A DNA stretch of 64,000 nt from Vicugna vicugna (lineage: Eukaryota): the NCBI GenBank assembly GCA_013265495.1, contig MU057887.1, positions 1,313,985 to 1,377,984 of the forward strand, written 5' to 3'. The notes beneath the pieces are model-generated. The model was not told the DNA's origin. It was given only the letters and a program-made list of their open reading frames with translations, and made no database searches. Positions 24,501 to 36,500 of the stretch are shown piece after piece. A program made the translations under genes and the position numbers. How positions within the stretch are numbered: the stretch's first letter is position 1; every line of letters starts with the position of its first letter.

Positions 24501-27500
24501 GGAGTCAGGTGTTTGGGAGGTTAGAGGCGAAAGGTCACAGAAGCCCCGGGGCCACATCTTCTCATCAGCAAAAGAACTAGCAGGTATGCTACGCAGTTAC
24601 GTAAGTACCACACCGAATAAAACGCCGAGTCCCGGGCTGAGGGGCAGGGCCTCAGCAGGCGGCTTCCCGGGGACAGCACAGAAGCAGGGCTTTCCGGGAG
24701 CAAACTAGGCTCCCAAGAGAGGGGGACTCGGCGGTCAGTTCAGAAGCAGAAACACTGACGCTGTCGCAGAGAAAAGGCCCAATTTTAGGTCAAGACACTA
24801 AACAATCTGAGTGTATATACATTCACAGCTGCCTTCCTCACTGCAGAGGATGCCTTCTAAGACCCCAGTGGATGCCTGAGACCATAGGTAGTACCAAACC
24901 CGATATATGGTGCATTTTTTCCTGTACATACATAGCCATGGCAAAGCTTAATTTGTACATTTGGCATGTGGAGAAGTTAATAACAACAACGAATAATAAA
25001 ATGGAACAATTATAAAAATACCCTGTCACAGAAGTCATGTGAATGGGGTCTCTTTCCTCCTCTCTCAGAATATTTTGTTGTACCCGTTTAATGCTTTTCC
25101 ACCTTAACCAAGAACTCATCGCACCGCAGCTGTAACTTTTGCGGTTTTAGGTGTGACAGCAAAAGTAGCAAGAATTTTTCTCCTTCCTCACGATTCCACA
25201 GATAGAAGGTTTGTTCTTACCGCAGATCTTAGCAAATTCAGCATCCGATTTTTTTTTCTTTCCTTATTTAGTGTAGAATTTGCGCCCTCTCCCTAAAGGG
25301 AGGGCTTCCTGGCTTCCCTTTGGTTTATCTGACTCGCCGGCGTCACAGCCCCTGCTCCCTGGGGCTGTTACTGAGTAGACAGGGCCACCTGAACACAAGC
25401 ACTGCGATACTTTCACAGCGGACCTGGTCACCACAATGGCTACTAAGTGACCAGCAGGCAGGGGGTATGCTGGACAAACGGATGATTCACCTCCTGGGTG
25501 GGCTGGGGCCGGCTGGCCTGAGTTCTCATCACCCCGCTCAGAACGGCGTGCAATTTAAAGCATGAGTTGTTTACTTCTGGAACTTTCCAGACCACGGTTG
25601 ACCTTGGGTCACTGAAACCTCAGAAGCCACAGCTAAAGGGGGGAAGACAGTACCTCACTTCTGAAGACGGCTGTGAACCAAACACACTGCTGAACGGGGA
25701 AAACCCAAATCCATCCCAAATGACCTTAATTTGTAAGACGGGGTCAGGGGTCAAGCTTGAGCCTACATCAGTTGTAAAACCCCCTTTACAAGTTTTTAGG
25801 ACGCCTGAATTCATACTCAAATGACTGACAAAAATGAATTTACCAAAAACATTTCAAATTTTTAACTGTCCATTACAGAACTTGATGTCTTCAAGCCCCT
25901 GTTTGTGGGGAGACATTTCCAGTAGCTGGAGCGTCTCTGTGAGAACTACTTTCAGAAAATTCAAAACGTTTAAGCCGTTTGGTGTTACAGGCTTAACCAG
26001 GACTGGAGACCTGCCCACGGACGGCTTCTGGTTTGGGTTTTCTGAGGGGTCGGGGGGAAGTCTAGAATTTTACCTTCGTGGAGAGGCAAGTGTTCACTGC
26101 AGAGGGAAGACTAGCTCACACACGGTTTGGATGCTTACGAACTGGCCAAGTGTTTGTAAGGAACTCCCACCGCCTTTCGGTCTGCCGCCCGCGGCGCCGG
26201 CGCGGGAGCAGGGCGGGCGTGCGCATGCGCGGCCGGCGCGCGCCGGGAGCAGCGGCTTTACCTTTTCTCTCGGGTGGTTTGAAGAAGTCCGCCGAGAAGA
26301 AGACCGAGGACTCCAGGTCTTTCGGGAACTTGCCCCGAAGGTCCTCGAACCGCGGCACCCTGGCTCCGGTGAAGTTGAACTTGTTGAAGACGTCGACAGC
26401 GAGAACTGCGCGGACAGGTGCATCCATCACGCGGGGCTCCCGGGCCCTCCCGCGCGGAGCCCGCCCGGACCCTTGCCGTCCCGCCCGACCGGAACGGCGG
26501 TCCCCGATCATCTCTGACACGGAGCCTCCGTCCACCTTCCTGCGTCCTCTAAACCTGCTGGGCCCCAGGTGGCGTGCCTAGCCTTGGAGAAACACGGGCC
26601 ACGTGCCTTGGAGCTCGGAGGGCGGGACAGAGAGCAGGGTGCCCCCGGCCCCCACCGCACGGGCATGTCACCTCCCTGCTCCTGTGTCCTTGCCAGGCTG
26701 CAGAGATGGACTGCTACAGAATCAACAAATCTTAGAAACCCTAATTCTCTCTGCCTCCGTCTGGAGGAGGCAACTGGGCAGGCGCTAAGACATCGGAAGG
26801 GGCTCGGCATTTGTGTGTGTTTGCCGACAGGCCAAGTCTGAGGCTGTGCCTTTCCGTCAGTGCTGACGGCCACTGCTCTGAGGGCCTGATGACGAAAAGG
26901 CTGACTGCCATCCCAGCGGGTCCAGGGTGACCCCTAAGTCATCTGCTGAGCTGTCCGATTCAACTCTGCCAATGGAAAGGGTGCCCTCGAGTTACTGCAT
27001 GAGACGGGCTGTGCTCCCACCTGCGACTCTGGGTGGCCAGGGTTGGTGGGAGCCCTGGAATGTGGGAGGCAGGGCACAGGCAGGAGCCAACGGCCCCGAG
27101 GAAACGGGAGGATGGACAGGGATGACCAGCAGCCTGAGCACAGGGAGATCTAAGGAGAAAGGTCTTGGCCCAGCACAGGGGGATGGTCCCAACCCTAGAG
27201 GATCAGGGATGGACGCTGGAGGGGGTGCGGGCAGAGGTGGGCAGCAGACTTGGCCCAGACCTGCCTGAGGGCTCTGGAAGGGGCTGGGAGGCAGGCTGCA
27301 CCAGGTGCCCGTGTCCTGTCCAACATTTGTCCAGCTCTGCGAGGCTCTCTCCAGGGACAGAAGCAGGAATGCCGTGGCGCTCACCCTGCTGTCCTGCCCC
27401 AGTAAAGACAGGGTCCTGAGCCCACCTCCACCCCAGTGCAGGGCAGGTGGGATCCTGGGCTCAAGGGGGGCCTGAGAGGTGCAGACCTGCCCGAACATCT

Positions 27501-30500
27501 CTGGGTTAAAGGCTCAGGCCCTTCCGGTGATAGATAATTGGATAAATCAAGAAGCGACGCCCCAAGAAAATGCAGTCCTTTGGTCCTGCCGGAGTCCCTG
27601 ATGTGCGGGCTTAATAAGCAACTGCAGGAGGAAACCAGATGCCCTGATGGTGGGAGGACCCTCCAGGGACCTCGCTGCTCTGTCCACTCGGGTGGGGCTG
27701 GTTCTAGCCTCGGGGCTTCCTCCCCAGGAAAGAAGCCAACTGCTTAGCCCTGACCCCTGGAGCAGCACATCCTAGGCCCTCGGGGTGACTTGGTCCACAG
27801 GTGTTTGCTTTGCTAATAACTCAGCTCCCAGCCAGGGAGAGATGCATTCCCCCTCCGCCCAGGTGTCAGCTGCCTGTCCCTGTCCCTCCCTGGGTCTGTG
27901 CATCTAGTGAGCCTGGAGGCTGGTCCTGCGGCCAGACCCTCCCCAGCCACTTCCCTGGACAGCCCTACACCCAGCTCTGAAAGACCACAGACCACCAAGA
28001 TCTTGCCAGAGTGCTGACCCTTTCCCAAGAGATGGCTGAGCCCCAGGGTTCCGCCAGCGCAGTGCCCCCACCGCCCGCGTGCTGGTCCGCAGCCTTACTC
28101 ATGTTGGAGGTGACAATGACAAAAGGCCTCAGGTAGGTCTTCCGCAGGTTGCGGGCCACGTTGCTGAGATAGGCCTCGAAGCGCCTCAGCAGGCGCGCGG
28201 TGCCCCCCTCACTCCGCTGAATCTGCTCCCACGCGGCCCTGGTGCTCGGGGCCAGGAGCGCGCTGCCCGCGCGGATGACGTCCTGGTCAGACAGACAGAT
28301 GGCACTCACGTCACACATGCGGCCGGCCCGTGGAGGCCTGGCTCACTCACTGGGGCACAGGCTCTAGAAGGCATTCTGCTCTCAGGACCAGGTGGGGCCA
28401 GGACAGAGATGGGCAGAGACTGGGGGTGGTTTCATCTCAAAGGCGGGAGACGGGTGTCAGTGGGGAAAGCTTTCTGGGGGTCTCGCCGTGTGCATCCCGA
28501 GACACAAAGGGGAGAAGGCACCTCTTAGTAGCTGCGTGCCCTTGGCTCCCTGTGCCTCAGTTTCCTTAACTGTAAAATGGGGCGAGAGCTGAGCTACATC
28601 ACAGGATGCAGGGAACAGTGGACTAATTCACATAAACCACCGAGAACACTGGCGCGAGAATACGTAGCGGTCAGCTGACGGCGGCCATCACTGCCAGCAT
28701 CATCAAGTCTGTGACCTGCACGTTCCGTTCCTTCCCCAAAACACTCCTAATGCCCGTAATCAGTTTTGCTGGTCCCTGCACTGGTCTGGACACACATTTG
28801 AAAAGGGCAGTCATTTCTTGAGGACACTGGACACGACCATGATTCACAGCCGAGTGAGGGCTCCCGGCTGTCCTCCAGCCCCAGCTGGACACCCGAGCTT
28901 GCAGCTCATCCGGGACACGTGGCGCTTCCTGTCTGCCCGCCTCCCTCCTACCTCATGGAAGGTGGCATCCCGCGTGGCCGCCAGCTCGAAGCCCTGCTGG
29001 CCGCTCTCGTGCAGCAGGATGTGGGCCAGCAGCTGGTAGGCCGTCCGCACGTCGCTGCCGAAGAGTGTGTCTGGCTGCTGCGTGGCATTGCGCAGCGCCT
29101 GGGCCAGCCGCAGGGACCGGTCGCCGTCCATCCGCGTCTCGTTCCGGCTCAGCTTCTCGTTCTGGAACGGGGAGCGAGCACGGTGTCTGCAAACCCACAG
29201 CAGCTGTCCTGGGCCCCTCTTGTCACTCAGAACCTGCTACTCTCCAGGGGAAATGTCCTCATCAGAAGAGAATTTAAGAATCCCAAACCCCCAAGGTGAA
29301 CTCAGGCCGATGACCATGGCACGAGACAGGAGCATTTGTCAGGCCATAAAGTGCTTGGAAAAAGACACCAAGTGGAAAAAGGGAGAGAGGATGACGCAGT
29401 GAGCCAAGAGCGGGGGGCAGGGAGGTGGCTGGGACACGGGGACCCTGCATCCACAGGCTCAGACGCAGAGCAGGGTCTGGAAAGGAGAGAGGAGACGGCT
29501 GCCGCAGGTGCCCCAAACAGATGTGATTTTTCTGGGGCCATGCTGGGCTGGGACCAGCACGATCCTGGCTGCCTGGTCGCCCACCCCTTCCTGGAACCGC
29601 ATACGCACACACATCCCTCGGGTGCAGCCTACCAGGGCTTTGAGGTCCACAAAGGAGGCGGTAGTGCAGTTAAAGAGCTCCGGGGGCAGCCAGCCCTTCT
29701 CCCCGCTGCAGTGCCGGACAGCGTTTCCTAGCGAGCAGAGACACACACAGACACACAGAGACACACATAAATCCTGAAATCTGAATTGTTAATTCACCCC
29801 TCGGCTGGCCCAGGACCAGCAGGTGCCACAGCCATGAAGCCAACGCAGCTCTCTTTTCTCAAGCCTGGGGCCACGTCTACAGCTGTCTGACGTTCACAAC
29901 AGGCCTTACAGTTGGCCTGAGCTGCCCAGCACTAGGAGTGCACATCTGAGCAAATCCAAGAAAGCAGAGATCACTGAGTGGCTGGCGGAGGACCCACCAA
30001 GTCTGCAGCACTGCCCACCTGCCGGGGTCTGAGGGAGGGCTATGTGCATCCCTTGCACCATCTCTGGGACCTCCCCACGCCCCTTGAGGCACAGGCACAG
30101 CTCCTGTCCCCCTTTTACAAAGAGATCCCAACTCTGAGAATGGTGAGCAGCTTCCCTGGGTCCCCTGGCCACTACACTCTCCATGTTTTCATCATGCTCT
30201 TTCCAGGTTTTGTCATTTACGACTGAGGAAAAGGTTCTTACTCCCCCCAGCACACTGGCTACAGAAACAGCTTCAGCATGGAACATCCCGTGAGTGCAAT
30301 GCCTCGGCCAGCTCTCCCGCACGCCACACGCCTCCATCTGACATCCTGCCTGGAATGGGCCCACAGCCACACACCGTGGTACTTACCCACTGACCCTTTG
30401 GGGCACGGCACCGCGGCCGGCTGCCCGAACTTGGTCTGCGGCCACCAAATGCCAGCCTCAAATGCCCTGGGACACCCGTTGTAGATCACTAGGGCACAGA

Positions 30501-33500
30501 AGAAGGAAGGCCCTCAGCCCAGCACAGCCGTGCCCACAAACGCCTCCCACAGCTCTCTACAAACCCCTCCCGGGAGGGGGCCCCGCCCCCACCAAGAACG
30601 GGACCCCTCGCATCTCTCTCATTTGTGTCAAAGCCGGGGGTGGGGGTGACCCAGGCTCCGACCACGCCTCCTGGAGGGCCAGTTAATAGAAGGTCAAGCA
30701 GACCCTGTTGGACCACGAGGCCGCAAGGATCCTCCGTACCCCAGGGGTATGTGGTACACACACTCACACACACACACACACACTCACACACACATAGACA
30801 CACACTCACACACAGTGGCCCATCCCTGCCCTGCCGCCTCAGGGTGTCCAGGGCATTGCTGACCTTCACAGCCAAGGACCGTGACCTCGGCGAAAGGGTT
30901 GTCGCAGCGATTGCACTGGCGGCCGACGACACCGGGCTTGCAGGTGCACTGGCCGGAGTCCATGTCGCAGGCGCGGCTATGGGAGCCGTGCGGGAAGCAG
31001 TCGCACGGCAGGCAGGCGTCCTGCTCCGGGGGCCGGTAGTAGTTCTCCTGCAAAGGCCAGAAGCGGCCCAGGACCTCAGACATGGGCAGAGGCCCTGCCT
31101 CTGGGGGACCAGAGGGCCCAGCCCGGCTGCCCGGGATCAGCGCTGCCCTCCGCCCAAGGTCTCCGGCCGGAGGCTCCGGACGGGCGGCTGTGTCCTCAGG
31201 GAGACTCTCCCTCTCTCATGTCCCAGCAGACGCTCACTGTGGGCCCCTCTGTCCTAAAAAGGACCAGAGATTCAAATGGACACCTACGCAAAAGGGTGCC
31301 GGCAGGGCTGATGGATTTTTTTTTTTCTTTTTTTAATTGTGAGAAATCAGAAGCCGCCTGCAGGTGGTCACTGGACAGGTCAGGGCGAGGTCAAGGGCAT
31401 GGGCTTCAGTTTTGCAAAGTCATGGATTTAGGCCCAGCTTGGCTGTTCACTGGCCACATTGCCCTTGCCAGGTCACTTGGCCTCCCGAGGTCCAAGGGTC
31501 TCCTCCCGAAAGCGGAGACAGGCTGTGACTTCGGCAGACTCGTGGCCAGTGACAGTGACACGGGCTTCTGTGCCCGGCAGAGACATGGGACAATCCCACG
31601 GGAGGTCCAGTTGTGTGTCTTTCAGTGCCTGGAGGAGCCACTAAATATGTACAGTCACTCTGGGAGGGGTCACAGGGGTCACTGTCACTGTTTACAGCCC
31701 TTCTTGCATTTTTCTATGTATTTTTTCTTTAAAAAAAGTTTAATTTTTATTTTTTGATTTACACTTGTATTAGCTTCTGGTGTACAGCCTCATGATTCAG
31801 TTACACGTATATATACATATTCTTTTTCATAACAGGCCACTACAAGCCATTGAGTATAGTTCCCTGGGCTATTTTCTGTAATTTTTTATGGAAAAAACTC
31901 TAAGCATGTTTCCCCTAGTGCCCTCCCCACTTTCCTCCTGCCCACGTATGCCACGGCCACCACCTCGGGCCACGTGGCTTGTGTGGTCCTCATCTGCTAG
32001 GGCATTGTGATTTTTCAGGAGAAAAGCCACACACAGAGGCACACGTGGGACATGACAGACGTTAGACAGAGCACTGGGGGCGTCAGAGCTGCCCTTCCTG
32101 GGTCAGCACACCCGGCCACATGACAGTGGGTCCCTCTGAGTGGTTACAGACAGAACTTCCCTCTGGGCTTCAAGTTGCCCATAGCTGACGTGGGACACAT
32201 CCTGAAGGCATGGGGTGTTTCCCGGGAGGCCGAGGGGGCCGGGGTTCCATGTGATCTGGACTGAGAACACTGCAGCTCGTTCCAAGACCACGAGGAGGTG
32301 ACCCCCACCCCACCCGGGAATGTCAGGCACCCGAGGTGGGGGTGTGGGCTGAGCTCCTCATACTTTGCATTCTGGTCCTCGCTGAGTGCTGGTCTGATGA
32401 GAGAAAATGGCCCACCGGCAGAACCACAGCTGACAGAGATGATGCCAGACTCACAGAAACTGCTCGCTTTCTGGGGACCGTGTGTGGGGCTGGGGACTTG
32501 AGTTCCCACGGTTGGAGCCAGCACACAGGTGAAAACCGGGCCTGGGGCATGTACACTGCGCGGGGGGTCAGTGAAGACACTGGGCCCCGTTAGTAGCTGA
32601 GTGTGTGTGTGCAGGTGTCCGGGGAGACGTGTGTGCAGGTGCGTGTGCGCCCACCTGCAGCCTGGCCTCACCTTGCACTGACACTGTCCGTTGGTCTTGT
32701 TGCAGTCGGGGTCGAAGCCTTTGTTGACGGCACAGTGGCAGGGTCCACACACGGGGTTCCCCCACCAGCCTTTGGGGCACGGAAGGTCGATCCTGTTGGG
32801 AAAATTTGGGAAGGAGAGGAACCCTGGAGGCCTGGGCCTTGGCCGGTCTAGTTCTGGGCACCACCCTCCCCCTTGAGTGGTCTGTTTCCCCCTCGGTGGC
32901 CCCCCACCTGCAGGACTTAGAGTTTCGCATTGTATGCCCAGACTTTCGGGCCGCCCTTCTGGAATGGTTCTACCATTCCTGTTCCTAAGTTTAAGGATAC
33001 TGTTCCTTAAAATAGTTTGTCTTTTCATATTTTTTCTTTTACCTGGAAGACAGAGGTGAGTACCCCCAGCTCAGCTTCCAGAAAGCACTGGCGCCCAGCT
33101 CACAGGGGGTGGGGTGCTCAGTGATGGCTAGCCAGCCCCTAGGCCAGCTCTTCATAATCCAGCCCTCCCAGAGCAGAATGAACCCAGCTGCCCTGACAAC
33201 CTTCCAGGACCCAGGCATCCACCAGCACAAGACACCCAGCGGGATTTGCATCATCAGTGGTCCCCAGGTCCCCAGGGCAGATGCTGACCACATCCCCATG
33301 GATGCTCAGAGCAGCCTTTCCAGGGAGGCAGAGCAGCTCCGTGCAGCCCCAGGTGGACCCAGTGGGCTCAGAGCCGCACTCCGGCCCAGTCCTGCCCTCG
33401 AGAAAGCCCAGCAGACCCTGAGATGGGCAGCGTCCCCGGTGACGGTGCCAGGCCCCTCCGACGCGCTGGCTGCTGCCTGCGGCCGTCACCCCAGCCTGGC

Positions 33501-36500
33501 TCCCAGCTGGACCGCTCACCTGAGGGTCACCTGCTGACCCGCCTGCCTGTAGGAAGCCCCCTTCCCCCCACGTGTCCTTCAGGCTCCTCAAAATGCGTGC
33601 CGCCCTGTGTTTAGGATCCTGGCTAACAGCGTTCCCTCCGCCCACCCCCATACCCACTCATTCGTCTAACCAGCAATTTTCTTTTTTAGCAGAGGGACTG
33701 GGGATTGAGCCCAGGATCTCGCGCATGCTAAGCACGCGCTCTACCGCTGAGCTGTACCCAACCCTACAACCAGCAGTTATGAAGTCCTGACCTTGTATAC
33801 ACTAGGGGCATAGAAATGACCCGGACAGGGTTGGGGCTCCAGTCTGGCGTTTACTGACCCACATTTATCACGTAGGGAGCGCAGACCCTCGGGATCATAC
33901 CCCTTCTCACTGCCTCCTCAGCCCTGCACCGCGGGCCGCACCAGCCTCAGGGACGTCACAGCCTCCTGGCTGCGACCCTTGCCTCTGCCTTCCGTCTGCT
34001 CAAACCACACTCCACACGTGAGCCAGGGGTGCTTTGACACCAAGACCTGATACGCCACTTTTCTGCTGGGCCCCCACGGCCCCTCAAAAGCTAAGCTCTG
34101 TTCCTGGGTTGCAGGCAGGCCCCCGCCCTGGCCTTGTCTCCCCAGTGCAGAACATGCCTAGGACAGCACACGCCAGCTCTGCCCGGGGACTCTGCCTGCT
34201 AGCTCATCAGACCAGCCTCATCCCATCACTGCTCTCCAGCTAAGCCCATTGGTTCCCCAGGAACGCCCTCTCCCTGCAGCCTCCCTGACTCCCATCCTGC
34301 CATCACCCAGCGGGCTGTGCGGTGCCAAGGGCACTGGCTGCCTCCCGCTCACAGGTGGGGTTACTCTTGTCCCCAGGGGACAAAGAGCAGAGCAAGGTGT
34401 CCCTGACTGCACCGACACGGCTCCTGCTCCAGGAAGCATGGCACTGGCCGAGGACCACCAGCCATGACTGCATCACCGCCCAAGGGGCTGGAGTCCTGAT
34501 GTGTGAAGACCCTAGTGGCCCCACCTGCCAGAACGTGATCCACCTGTGATGACTGCACAGCTGGGCTCCTGGGGCCTGGAGAGCACGAGGCTCCCCGATG
34601 AGCTGCACCAGGACCACGTGCAGTCAGGTGACTGCAACCCCGCGACTCGAAAGATCAGTGTGTCCTGTGACTACATGCCTCTTCCTGCATCTCAGCGCCT
34701 GCCTGCTCTGGCAGCAGGGCAACAGATAAACGAGTCACATTGTACGTTTCTGGGGTGGAAATGTGCTCAAACCGGGTTAGTGTGAGACGCCCAACTGGAT
34801 TCTCACTTACGTCACACCAGATTGAAAAAAAATGTCCCTGTGATCCAGATTCACGTGTATTCGGGGTTTAAACAACAGACCAGGTCAGGGGAAGCAGCCG
34901 CGGGGACCCTGGAGTGGGGGGCGTCCGCTCACTTGTTCTCGCAGTACTGCCCGTAGTGGCCGGACCCGCACTCGCACACGTAGCCCCGCGGGGACTCGGG
35001 GCTGTGCACGCAGGCCGCGACGTGCTTGCAGGGGTTCACGTGACATGCGTCCACGCACTTCCTCCCGAAGTACCCTGCAGGGACAGGCCAGCGTTACCCC
35101 ACCCAGACCCCGCCTCTGGCGTTGCAAGCCCGCCTCCCGGACCGAGACCCCCTAAGTTAGGATCCTCCAGCAGTCTCCCCGAGACTCGGCTCCCCACGCT
35201 GCTCCGCAGAGGAAAGCAGCCACGTCCCAGGAGTCCCAGGAAACACAGACACCCAGCGGGTGGGTCAGACCTGACGACGCGGCGTTGAGAGCCTCCCTGG
35301 CTGCCCCCCCTCAGGAGGGAGGGGCACACGGTGAGCAGGCCCCGGCCGAGCACAACTACATCCCCTGAGTGCAGGGGCAGTCGCAAAGTGTTATTTTTCA
35401 GCGTGTGCTTTTCACTTAGTCTCCCCAACGTTGTGTGTGCCAGGAGGGTGCAGCCGGGAGTGTCCCCTGTGCCCCAAGTGAAGAGGCAGGAAGAGAAGGC
35501 CACTCCCAGTTGCGAAACAAAGCTCAGGGCGCCAGGGACCCACAGGGCGGGGACGGGGAAGCCAGTGCGGAGACTTGGCTTCCACCCCCAGAGCCGTCGC
35601 CCTCCGCTGAGTGGCATCAGGGAACGGGCCGTGGGCACCCACCTCTGTCGCAGACGCAGGAGTAGCCGTCCCAGGTGTTGTGGCAGCGGCTGTGCTGCGG
35701 GCAGGGGCTGGAGGAGCACGGGTCCTCCACGTCACAGCCGTCCTGCACCCTGACCTTCAGGGCGTCATTCATGTTCAGCGTGGCGATGTTGGTGGCCGTC
35801 TCCCCCATCCTCACTCCCTGCATCAGAAAAGGGCAACCAGGGTCAGCCCCAGGGCCCTGGGGCTGGAGGAACCCCAAAAGGTAACCAGGGGCTCAGGGAA
35901 CCTCAAATGCTCTGGGGTCTCCCATTGCAAAAGCGATGATGCCTCATCTATGAAGTGCTGAGACTTGTCGGGGGAGGGGAGCAGCGGGGGTGGGGGTGAG
36001 GGCAGGAATGAGGGCACTTCTCCATCCGTTGGCCCTGGGTCCCAGGCAGGGGACAGGCCACCTGGAATGAAGACGGAATGAGTCCTTGTTCTGCTAAGCC
36101 CATGGTGAGAGTCACAAAGGAAGAATGATGTGGATGGTGGGAGAGCATGGCGGCGGATGAAGGTGGGAGGGGCGGATGTGCAGGGGGGCGTCCCGGGGTG
36201 GGGGCGACCATGTGAGGCTCGCGGCGCCGGCTCACCAGGGTGCGGCGGCGCAGGCAAAGGAACTAAGGAGTTATTTCCTGCGCTGGGGGGCCGGGGGCGA
36301 GGGGAGCAGGAGGACGTGACTGTGACTTTACAAACAGCTCCTCCGGCTGCTGCTAGAATGGCGGGTCTCAGGGACGAGCCGGGGACCCGTTCGTGAGCCT
36401 AGGGGTTGCAGGCAGCGAGGGCGGACTCCAGACAAGACTCGAAGGCAGAGCTGCGGGTGGACGACCGTGGTGTGATGCGGGGAGGGTGCGGGAGGGGAAC

